Below, piece after piece: positions 8,353 to 15,315 of a stretch of DNA of 25,157 bases (positions within the stretch are counted from its first letter, which is position 1; each line of letters begins with the position of its first letter). This stretch comes from a virus (taxonomy: Duplodnaviria > Caudoviricetes), in the IMG/VR virus record IMGVR_UViG_3300034012_000789, positions 1 through 25,157 of that record. The stretch is one strand, 5' to 3'. The notes beneath the pieces were generated by a model that worked only from the letters and a program-made list of their open reading frames with translations, searched no databases and had not been told where the DNA came from. The position numbers were made by a program, and so were the translations under genes.

Positions 8353-8435
8353 ATTCTTGTCATTATAAAGTAACAAACACAGGGTAAAACAACCCCCATA
8401 GCGATGCCAGTCAATGTGATTTCAATTAGTGTCAT
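8349..8435 (-). CDS. 28-aa hydrophobic peptide
   Basis: MTLIEITLTGIAMGVVLPCVCYFIMTRI; ATGA overlaps at both ends. Confidence 0.5.
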   Translation of the reverse strand: MTLIEITLTGIAMGVVLPCVCYFIMTRI

Positions 8436-8686
8436 AGGTATCGGTCAATTAATGCTCCAAAGATAGCACATAATGCACCATAAATCACTCCATACAATCC
8501 GAATTGAACGGTAAACCATACCAGCCCCACCCACCACGATAGGCAGAAACCGCATTCAAAAGGTTTGATTGTTTTGCGGTAGCGGCTGTCCAAGGCATAG
8601 ACAAATGAAATCATCGGTGGGAAAAAGTACCGGGATAGCAGAACGCACAGGGCGGCCACTCCCAAAATGTCAGTCATCGTATTCAT
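8432..8686 (-). CDS. Membrane protein, DUF1360-like
   Basis: Hydrophobic segments with KPFECGFCLSWW. Confidence 0.6.
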   Translation of the reverse strand: MNTMTDILGVAALCVLLSRYFFPPMISFVYALDSRYRKTIKPFECGFCLSWWVGLVWFTVQFGLYGVIYGALCAIFGALIDRYL

Positions 8687-9203
8687 TATATTTTTCTTTG
8701 ATTTGTGTTTTGATTGCGTTTATGATTTGGCTAATCTCCCGGTAATTGATTTTCGTTTCCCGGGCCATCAATGCCATGCTTTGTTTGTCTTCCCACAGCT
8801 GCCAAAGTTTAACCACGTACCATTCGGAACGGTTAAAATGGTTTGCCACCTCTTTGAAGTTTACAGATTGCACCGCTTCCTGCTTTTTACGCAGGTGGGT
8901 TTCATCGTAGTCCTCGGCTTCCTCATCGTATTCATCAGGTAGCGGATCCATTGACCGTAAAAAATCCCGGTAAAACTTTGTGTATCTGTTGCCGTTGACC
9001 GCATTGAAACCAACACGGACAAGGTAATAAACTAGCTCATTTCTTTGGTGCAGTTGTATCAGGCGGTCGGCATCCATTTCACAGCAGATTAAAAGCAAGT
9101 GTTGTTGTAGGTCGGCAGCGACATGAGACCCTATTTTGTTACAGAAGTCAGGCAGCCACTTGGAGTTGGCAAGTTCAATCAGTATCTCGGTGCGCCTGTT
9201 CAA
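8670..9203 (-). CDS. Putative phage sigma-70/ECF-like transcription factor
   Basis: Region 2-like AADLQQHLLL...LVYYLVRVGFN and region 4-like HTH SMALMARETKINYREISQIINAIKTQIK. Start probably TTG 9203; the ORF track gives 9266. Confidence 0.6.
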   Translation of the reverse strand: MNRRTEILIELANSKWLPDFCNKIGSHVAADLQQHLLLICCEMDADRLIQLHQRNELVYYLVRVGFNAVNGNRYTKFYRDFLRSMDPLPDEYDEEAEDYDETHLRKKQEAVQSVNFKEVANHFNRSEWYVVKLWQLWEDKQSMALMARETKINYREISQIINAIKTQIKEKYNEYDD

Positions 9204-9444
9204 GTTTAAGTGCGTGAACTTTTTTGAGCCAATCTTTGAATGACTTGTTATCTCCATACCGGGCATGGTCTTTCCTGCATAACGCCATCAGGTTTTCAAT
9301 CACATCAGCGTGTTTGCTTCCACCCATACCCCGGGCTTCGATGTGGTGAATGTCCACAGCTTGTGCGCCACATACCTCGCATGGGATGAAATCGGTCTTG
9401 TCATACCCGAAATGGTCAAGATATACCTTCGTATGCTTCTTCAC
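9175..9444 (-). CDS. HNH endonuclease
   Basis: CEVCG..AVDIHHI...NLMALCRKDH; GTG start 4 nt after AAACTTTG. Confidence 0.8.
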   Translation of the reverse strand: MKKHTKVYLDHFGYDKTDFIPCEVCGAQAVDIHHIEARGMGGSKHADVIENLMALCRKDHARYGDNKSFKDWLKKVHALKLEQAHRDTD

Positions 9445-9483
9445 TGCACAAAGTTTATTCGTAAAAGTTCGATATTCTTATAT

Positions 9484-9492
9484 TGTGGATAA
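9484..9492 (-). promoter_or_regulatory. Perfect DnaA box
   Basis: TGTGGATAA on + equals TTATCCACA on -, in the divergent intergenic region. Confidence 0.55.
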
Positions 9493-9520
9493 CTTTGATA
9501 AAAATAATTTAACAAAAAGT

Positions 9521-9551
9521 ATTGCAAGTATAGAAAAGTATATTATATTTG
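9521..9551 (+). promoter_or_regulatory. Bacteroidota housekeeping-sigma promoter
   Basis: ATTG-N19-TATATTTG, 4 nt before ATG 9556. Confidence 0.75.
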
Positions 9552-9555
9552 CAGC

Positions 9556-9774
9556 ATGGAAAACACAAAAACACCTTTTGAAATGGGCTGGATAGCCAGT
9601 CAACAGTTTAATTACTACGAAACCGAAGGCGAAAATCCTTTTGATCTTAACTCCGATGAGTTTAAAGAATGGGAAAAGGGATGGCAATGGTACATCACGC
9701 AAACAATCGAATGGGAACGTGACGAGCAAAGCGACATTGATTACCACGAAACTCAGCAGTATTGCAACGAATAA
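9556..9774 (+). CDS. Small protein with an Rmf/CrpP-like motif
   Basis: PFEMGWIA...NPF...FKEWEKGW. Confidence 0.5.
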   Translation: MENTKTPFEMGWIASQQFNYYETEGENPFDLNSDEFKEWEKGWQWYITQTIEWERDEQSDIDYHETQQYCNE

Positions 9775-9781
9775 AAATAAA

Positions 9782-9813
9782 TTTGGAAATCTAAAATCTT
9801 TGTTTTATAATTG
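9782..9813 (+). promoter_or_regulatory. Promoter of the replication operon
   Basis: TTTG-N20-TATAATTG (one mismatch to TAnnTTTG). Confidence 0.6.
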
Positions 9814-9817
9814 CATA

Positions 9818-9949
9818 TCGGAACAACAGGATTAGACCCCCTGCCGAGAATACAGAGCAATGAACAATCACATAAATAACACCCACGCAAGTAAAAGGGC
9901 GGCTATCTCTGGGCCGGGTCTAACCTTTGAAAGTGTGGGTGTTTTTTTT
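9818..9949 (+). ncRNA. Structured leader RNA / attenuator
   Basis: Bulged hairpin 9818-9847; terminator stem 9878-9888/9933-9943 plus T run; TTAGACCC/GGGTCTAA complementarity. Confidence 0.6.
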
Positions 9950-10159
9950 ATGAACATTTACAAACCCACACCATTACCAGTCGCATATTGTGACGAGCAA
10001 ATCGCAGAACTTGAACTGCGCAAAGAGTATGAAAATTACAGGCGAGAAAACAAGGTGCTTACGTTATTACAATGTGAGTACCTGTGGATGAAACTTGACC
10101 TGCAAATCATCTATTATCAGCAATGCAAAAAATTAACCCTTAAACAAATATCAAAATGA
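9950..10159 (+). CDS. Hypothetical protein
   Basis: MNIYKPTPLPVAY...; start revised from 9860 because the extension spans the structured leader. ATGA overlap with the next gene. Confidence 0.6.
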   Translation: MNIYKPTPLPVAYCDEQIAELELRKEYENYRRENKVLTLLQCEYLWMKLDLQIIYYQQCKKLTLKQISK

Positions 10160-10365
10160 ACAAAACAATTTTATTTCACGATGCAGATTTCTCAAATCAA
10201 ATCAGCACATGGTCAGGAGCACAAGGTCTTACAATTATGATTGAAAATCCAAGTAGTCACGAACAGCTTTCCATTACATTAGATGCGGAAACAGCACAAG
10301 GTTTCATTGATGAGATGCAAGATTGGTTAAATACATATACACAAAATGAGCAACGGCTGGATTAA
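10156..10365 (+). CDS. Hypothetical protein
   Basis: 69-aa ORF overlapping both neighbours. Confidence 0.7.
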   Translation: MNKTILFHDADFSNQISTWSGAQGLTIMIENPSSHEQLSITLDAETAQGFIDEMQDWLNTYTQNEQRLD

Positions 10366-11008
10366 GATACACAGGTGCATGATGGATAACCCATTGTACC
10401 ATTCGGAACCTTTTAACAGAACTCATGCATGGATTGACCTGTTATTGTTAGCCAATAGCAATGATAACTTTTTTTACAAGCGTGGCATCCGTGTCAATAT
10501 TCAGCGTGGACAAATCGGCCACGATGCTGATACTTTGGCAAAAAGATGGAAGTGGTCAAGAGGTAAGGTGGAAAGATACTTGACTATGCTTGAAAGTGAT
10601 GGCATGATAGTAAGGCAAAAAAGCAACGTAACTACCTTAATATCAATATGTAAGTACGATGATTATCAGGCAAACGATAAAGCAAATAGTAAGGCAAATG
10701 ATAAAGCAAACGGACACCAAACAGTAAAGCAAACGGACACTAACAAGAATGTTAAGAATGATAAGAATGAAAAGAATGTAGAGAATATAATACCTACGCT
10801 TGAAGAATTTTGCGAATACGGTATGAAAGGACTGAAACCCGGTTATCGTTATCCTATTGAAGCAAAATACAATCAATGGGTGGAAGCTGGGTGGGTTGAT
10901 GGTCACGGCAAAAAGATTAAGAACTGGAAAACCAAACTTGCAAACACCATCCCATTTTTAAAACCTATGGAAGTTGAACAGGCCAAGGCCATAAAATATT
11001 TAGAATGA
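10346..11008 (+). CDS. Replication initiator / replisome organizer
   Basis: GWIKIHR N-terminus, wHTH LAKRWKWSRGKVERYL, ISICKYDDYQ, C-terminal GW..G..IKNWK; internal repeats; directly upstream of DnaB. Confidence 0.85.
   Translation: MSNGWIKIHRCMMDNPLYHSEPFNRTHAWIDLLLLANSNDNFFYKRGIRVNIQRGQIGHDADTLAKRWKWSRGKVERYLTMLESDGMIVRQKSNVTTLISICKYDDYQANDKANSKANDKANGHQTVKQTDTNKNVKNDKNEKNVENIIPTLEEFCEYGMKGLKPGYRYPIEAKYNQWVEAGWVDGHGKKIKNWKTKLANTIPFLKPMEVEQAKAIKYLE
10670..10789 (+). repeat. Iteron-like repeats, putative replication origin
   Basis: Six ~12-bp GCAAA-type units (10670-10740), then five 9-bp AAGAATGNN-type units (10745-10789). Confidence 0.7.
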
Positions 11009-12240
11009 TAGAGCAACAAATTCTAGGAACGTGGCTGCAAGGTAAGCAGCTTGACCTAACCGCAACGGTACGCAGTGAATGGTTCACCGTACCAAAATAT
11101 CGCACCCTATGTTTGACCATTCAGGCGATGTACCTAAATAACGAGCATATAGACAACGTGGCGGTGGTAATGAAGCACCGTGATATGGCAATGGACATCG
11201 CAGGATTAAACAATTACTACACAGGCGAAAGCATTACCCGGTTGGTAGCAATGCTGCATCAGGAATTTATCCGTAAAACGATGATTGACTGCATGGCAAA
11301 TCAGGTAAAATTCATGCAGGATGGTGGCGATATTATGGAAAGTATCAGCAGCACTCAAAAAATGATTGATGAAATACAACTTACCGAAAGCGGCCAAGCT
11401 GTTGACCTGATCACTTTACTCGGTGACCGCTTCGATAACTTGGAGAAACGAAGCAAGGCAGAAATCAAAACGATAGGACTACCAACCGGGTTCACCAAAC
11501 TTGACAAGTACATTGGTGGATTTGTACCCGGTGAAAACGTGGTGGTGGCAGGTCGGCCCGGAATGGGTAAGACAGCATTCGCAGTCAGCATCGGGATTGC
11601 CCATGCAAAACTGGGTGGCAGGGTTATAATGTTTAGCATGGAGATGAGCAAAGAACAACTCGCAGACCGCATACTTTCATCTTTGGGCCGGGTGGACAAC
11701 CTGAAAGTCCGCAACGCTGATGTGAATGAATTTGAATTGGAAAACATTGCCCGTGAATTACTATTGATTGATTACAAATTTCAAATCGAAGACAGCACCA
11801 TGCTGGACATAGCTCAAATCAAAACCCGAATTAAGACCATGAAAGTAAAACCAACACTGGTAATCATTGACTATATGCAACTGGTCAAAAGCACAGGCGG
11901 TAAAAATCGGGAGCAGGAAATCGCCAACATATCCCGGCAATGCAAACTGATTGCAAAGGAATGCGGATGCACCGTAATGCCATTGTCACAACTTAACAGG
12001 GGAACAGAGGAAGGAAACAGCCGCCCAAAATTGGCAAACCTACGGGAGTCTGGGGCAATAGAACAGGATGCAGACACGGTGTTATTCCCTTACCGCCCTG
12101 ATTACTACGAAGCCCAGAAGTCCGGGGGCAACCCGCCCGAACTTGAAGATGCTGAACTCATTATCAGCAAATGCAGAAATGGGATGACAGGAACGCTGCA
12201 ATGCAATTTTATGGGTAAAACCGTTGAATATATTTTCTAA
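11005..12240 (+). CDS. dnaB: Replicative DNA helicase, DnaB family
   Basis: GRPGMGKT, FSMEM, IIDYMQL, LSQLNR, LRESGAIEQDAD, KCRNG. Confidence 0.95.
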   Translation: MIEQQILGTWLQGKQLDLTATVRSEWFTVPKYRTLCLTIQAMYLNNEHIDNVAVVMKHRDMAMDIAGLNNYYTGESITRLVAMLHQEFIRKTMIDCMANQVKFMQDGGDIMESISSTQKMIDEIQLTESGQAVDLITLLGDRFDNLEKRSKAEIKTIGLPTGFTKLDKYIGGFVPGENVVVAGRPGMGKTAFAVSIGIAHAKLGGRVIMFSMEMSKEQLADRILSSLGRVDNLKVRNADVNEFELENIARELLLIDYKFQIEDSTMLDIAQIKTRIKTMKVKPTLVIIDYMQLVKSTGGKNREQEIANISRQCKLIAKECGCTVMPLSQLNRGTEEGNSRPKLANLRESGAIEQDADTVLFPYRPDYYEAQKSGGNPPELEDAELIISKCRNGMTGTLQCNFMGKTVEYIF

Positions 12241-12256
12241 ATATAAATAATTAAAC

Positions 12257-12264
12257 TATATTTG
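12257..12264 (+). promoter_or_regulatory. Bacteroidota -7 element (leaderless)
   Basis: TATATTTG-CAGC-ATG, identical to the one before 9556. Confidence 0.65.
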
Positions 12265-12268
12265 CAGC

Positions 12269-12724
12269 ATGAGAACACAATTAAAAGCACCACAACACAA
12301 CAGCCGGACAACATTCAGGCGAAGCGAAATTGAACGGCTCAAAGAAGTCATCTACCATCAGTCAATACGCATTCAGGAACTTGAAAGAATGCTCAAAGTT
12401 GACCAAATGGACAAGTCAGAACACTACATAAAGGCCGCACACCTTGCAATCAAATCGGTTTTCGCTGAATACCAGCCCGAATTTATCACCATTGAAACTC
12501 GGAAGCGGGATATAGTAGAGCTGCGGCAAATATTTCAATGGCTTTGCCGCAATAAGACCACACTTTCGTTGCAAAAAATCGGGCAATTATGCGGTGGCCG
12601 TGATCATTCCACGATAATAAATTCGTGCAGGGTGGTGGATAACCTGATGCTTTATGACAAAAGGTTTGCCCGGAACCTTGAAACCGTGAAAAATAAGTTT
12701 GAAAACTTTGCAGAACAGATTTAA
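12269..12724 (+). CDS. Protein with DnaA C-terminal (domain IV) HTH, no AAA+ domain
   Basis: TRKRDIVELRQI..WL...TTLSLQKIG...GGRDHSTII; N-terminal coiled coil. Confidence 0.85.
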   Translation: MRTQLKAPQHNSRTTFRRSEIERLKEVIYHQSIRIQELERMLKVDQMDKSEHYIKAAHLAIKSVFAEYQPEFITIETRKRDIVELRQIFQWLCRNKTTLSLQKIGQLCGGRDHSTIINSCRVVDNLMLYDKRFARNLETVKNKFENFAEQI

Positions 12725-12737
12725 TTTACTATATTTG
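12707..12737 (+). promoter_or_regulatory. Consensus Bacteroidota promoter
   Basis: TTTG-N19-TATATTTG, 5 nt before ATG 12743. Confidence 0.75.
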
Positions 12738-12742
12738 CACCT

Positions 12743-13015
12743 ATGTTAATACTCGATATATGTTTAAGTGACCTGCCCAGCGAGGCAATCACTACCGGAA
12801 AGAACGGAAAGAAGTACATCAAGCTCGTATGTGCTGAACGCAAAACCGAAGGAAAGTTTGGAGAAACCCATTACATTGCCCTGTCGCAAACCAAAGAAGA
12901 ACGGGAAGCGAAGAAACCTGCAACCTATGTTGGGGGTGCTAAAAATGTAAGTTACAAAAATGTAACACCCGAGCCGAAAGTAAGTGCAACCGCAACCGAT
13001 GATTTGCCTTTCTGA
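12743..13015 (+). CDS. Putative single-stranded DNA-binding protein
   Basis: Small beta-rich protein (GKNGKKYI) with an SSB-type DDLPF tail. Confidence 0.6.
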   Translation: MLILDICLSDLPSEAITTGKNGKKYIKLVCAERKTEGKFGETHYIALSQTKEEREAKKPATYVGGAKNVSYKNVTPEPKVSATATDDLPF

Positions 13016-13299
13016 TGCAGCAGGAAATAGTTGAAACCTGCAATCGTATTTGTGATATGTTGATTGCTAAAAATGCCAAGTATGGAAACTCCGCACTGGA
13101 ACCGGTGCGAGTTTTCAGCAAGGCATCCACCAAAGAGCAGTTACTTGTCCGCATTGATGACAAATTGAGCCGCATCAAAACAACTGGACTGGAAGCACCC
13201 GATGAGGACACACTCAATGACCTTATCGGCTACCTTATCCTGCTTAAAATCGCAACGAAAAAAGAAACGACCAACCCTGAATATAAACACAAGATATGA
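13015..13299 (+). CDS. DUF1599 / nucleotide modification-associated domain 1-like protein
   Basis: KNAKYGNS, RIDDKLSRI, EDTLNDLIGYLIL. Confidence 0.75.
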   Translation: MQQEIVETCNRICDMLIAKNAKYGNSALEPVRVFSKASTKEQLLVRIDDKLSRIKTTGLEAPDEDTLNDLIGYLILLKIATKKETTNPEYKHKI

Positions 13300-13490
13300 C
13301 ACACGAAGAAAAACGTATACACTTTTTAATCCACGCACGTAAAGGGATGAAGATGCAGGTTGTTGATGCCTGTAAAGGTGTGGCAAGTTATGCCACGGTT
13401 ATAAAAGCCCTGAACAATCCCAGCAAGTACAAAAGCAAAAAAGAGCAGGTTGTAATTGACACGGCTTTTGATATTGTGAATGTCAACTGA
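13296..13490 (+). CDS. Small putative HTH protein
   Basis: GVASYATVIKALNN resembles a LacI/Cro recognition helix. Confidence 0.5.
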   Translation: MTHEEKRIHFLIHARKGMKMQVVDACKGVASYATVIKALNNPSKYKSKKEQVVIDTAFDIVNVN

Positions 13491-13662
13491 AACACGGGGA
13501 TATAAAACGGTGGTGTATTGGAAAGACCAGATGATGTCCTTTGAACCGGTTCCCGATGACGAACTTGAAAAGACACTCAAAAAATATCGGAAAAAAGGAT
13601 TTAACGCTGAACCGATATCGGATGACCTGATAAAAAAAATTGCAGAAAGTTTGAAAATATAA
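13480..13662 (+). CDS. Hypothetical protein
   Basis: 60-aa ORF in the operon. Confidence 0.65.
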   Translation: MSTETRGYKTVVYWKDQMMSFEPVPDDELEKTLKKYRKKGFNAEPISDDLIKKIAESLKI

Positions 13663-13680
13663 AAACTTATACTATATTTG
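13650..13680 (+). promoter_or_regulatory. Consensus Bacteroidota promoter
   Basis: TTTG-N19-TATATTTG, 4 nt before ATG 13685. Confidence 0.75.
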
Positions 13681-13684
13681 CATC

Positions 13685-13909
13685 ATGGAAACACAAATAA
13701 AAGTCACACACACCGGCAGCTATTCTGCCAAGTTCGAACACGATGATGTCATCTACAACATTGATTGGGAAGATGACAGCAACACCATTTATTTCATTCA
13801 GGAATTTGCACCCGGTCAAGATGGCCGCAAATGCGTGAGCATCCCAGCTGAAATTCTGCCAACCTTAATCAGGATTTTCGGCACAATCCACACGGACAAT
13901 TTAAAATAA
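13685..13909 (+). CDS. Hypothetical protein
   Basis: 74-aa ORF directly after a promoter. Confidence 0.7.
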   Translation: METQIKVTHTGSYSAKFEHDDVIYNIDWEDDSNTIYFIQEFAPGQDGRKCVSIPAEILPTLIRIFGTIHTDNLK

Positions 13910-13950
13910 CAAGGCAAAATCAAGACAAACACTTTAATATTCCAAGGACA

Positions 13951-14427
13951 ATGAATGAAATTTTAACCGCACCTATTCAGCCAAACGAGATTGAATGGCG
14001 AGTGCAATCAGTCACCAGCACAGGCAAAATGATTGTCGTGCCGTACATTAACAACAGATGCGTAATGCAACGCTTTGACGCTGCCTTCGGCCCTACAAAT
14101 TGGACGTCCGAGTTCAGGGAAATCGGCAATGGCTTCATCTGCCGTTTGACGATACATTATAATGACGAAGAAGGTTTTGTAAAAACAATCTACCGTGAAG
14201 ATGGTGCATCAAAGACAAATATCGAACCTGAAAAGGGTGGTATCTCGGATGCAATGAAAAGGGCTGCTGTTCAATTTGGTTTGGGCCGCTGCCTGTATGA
14301 TTACCCCAAGGTGTTCATCGAATGCAATGAGAAGTATATCCCTGACTGGGCGCAAGACAAGTTGACTAAACTTGTTGAGTGGGTTAATCTCGGTAACTTC
14401 AAAGAGGTAATAATTTTGAAGCCATGA
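13951..14427 (+). CDS. Rad52/22-family single-strand annealing protein (Sak-like)
   Basis: IEWRVQ, YINNRCVMQRFD..FG..NW, KGGISDAMKRAAVQFGLGR.LY. Confidence 0.85.
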   Translation: MNEILTAPIQPNEIEWRVQSVTSTGKMIVVPYINNRCVMQRFDAAFGPTNWTSEFREIGNGFICRLTIHYNDEEGFVKTIYREDGASKTNIEPEKGGISDAMKRAAVQFGLGRCLYDYPKVFIECNEKYIPDWAQDKLTKLVEWVNLGNFKEVIILKP

Positions 14428-14822
14428 CAGATGTAGTTAAATTGATGTTTGATTTTGAGGAAGGCAACGCATCCGCTTTGGATGCGTTCTGCCAACTCAC
14501 CCGCATTGAAAAGCAAATAAAAGCAGCCAAAGAGCAGATACAATCCCAAGCTATAAACGAAGCACAGATGTATGGCAAGACATTTCAGCACATGGGCTTT
14601 GAAATCCAATGCCGTTCCGGTGCAGGTCGCTGGAAGTTTGACCATTTGGATGAATGGGTTGTTGCAAAAAACCAACTTGCAACCGTTGAAGATATGGCAA
14701 AGTGGGCATACAAGTCCGAAGAAAAAGGAGTGATGCCCGTTACCGATGGCGGAGAGATTATTACGGCTGCTATCTATGTGGCAGGAAGTGACACCATTGC
14801 ATTAAAGGAGATTGAAAAATGA
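14424..14822 (+). CDS. Hypothetical protein (recombination neighbourhood)
   Basis: 132 aa with a coiled-coil N-half; ATGA-coupled to the Sak-like gene. Confidence 0.7.
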   Translation: MTDVVKLMFDFEEGNASALDAFCQLTRIEKQIKAAKEQIQSQAINEAQMYGKTFQHMGFEIQCRSGAGRWKFDHLDEWVVAKNQLATVEDMAKWAYKSEEKGVMPVTDGGEIITAAIYVAGSDTIALKEIEK

Positions 14823-15040
14823 AACAGACAGCGTTGGATATTTTTTTCAGCAAATTAGGTATGCACGAACAATGGGTGATGCAACACGATTTTGAACAAG
14901 CCAAAGAAATGGAAAAGGAGCAGATTGAAAATGCTTATCAAGCAGGACAAGACAATGTAGATTATACTGCATCTTTTGTTGACGAAAATGGATTAGAAAA
15001 TTACTATCAAAAAACATACGGAGGTAAAAATGCTGACTAA
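14819..15040 (+). CDS. Small protein, KQTAVEWL/AKEME family, copy 3
   Basis: MKQTAL...EQAKEMEKEQIENAY...ENYYQKTYGG. Confidence 0.75.
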   Translation: MKQTALDIFFSKLGMHEQWVMQHDFEQAKEMEKEQIENAYQAGQDNVDYTASFVDENGLENYYQKTYGGKNAD

Positions 15041-15212
15041 ACGTGAAACCCCGAAGTCAATAGAACAATGGCAGCCACCATGCGAGGATGAAGTAACAGA
15101 AGCACAGCCATACGATTACACCCAAATGCCTGATGACATCCCCAGCGTAGATGAGTGGTTCAAAATCAGGGTGTGGCAAGACGAATTAAACGGCACAGCC
15201 CTGACAAATTAG
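15030..15212 (+). CDS. Hypothetical acidic protein
   Basis: 60-aa ORF preceded by GGAGG. Confidence 0.6.
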   Translation: MLTKRETPKSIEQWQPPCEDEVTEAQPYDYTQMPDDIPSVDEWFKIRVWQDELNGTALTN

Positions 15213-15239
15213 ATGGTATTTGGTTTAATGTTGTATATT

Positions 15240-15296
15240 GCCCCTGTCTTGTTAGCATTCATCGACTTTTTGGTGGATGTTAGCAATCGCAGGGGC
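15240..15296 (+). other. Long RNA hairpin
   Basis: 7-bp outer stem plus 17-bp inner stem with five G-U pairs and a CTTT loop. Confidence 0.65.
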
Positions 15297-15299
15297 TAA

Positions 15300-15311
15300 C
15301 TACTTTTATAG
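15300..15311 (+). promoter_or_regulatory. Putative late promoter motif
   Basis: CTACTTTTATAG-ATAG-ATG. Confidence 0.6.
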
Positions 15312-15315
15312 ATAG

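Noticed and set aside
9860-9949. N-terminal extension of ORF 9860-10159
   Set aside because: It spans the terminator structure, so ATG 9950 is more plausible. A leader-translation role cannot be excluded.
10670-10789. CRISPR array
   Set aside because: Short degenerate in-frame tandem repeats with no spacers.
12269-12724. Host chromosomal dnaA gene
   Set aside because: Only domain IV is present, with no AAA+ domain, inside a phage operon.
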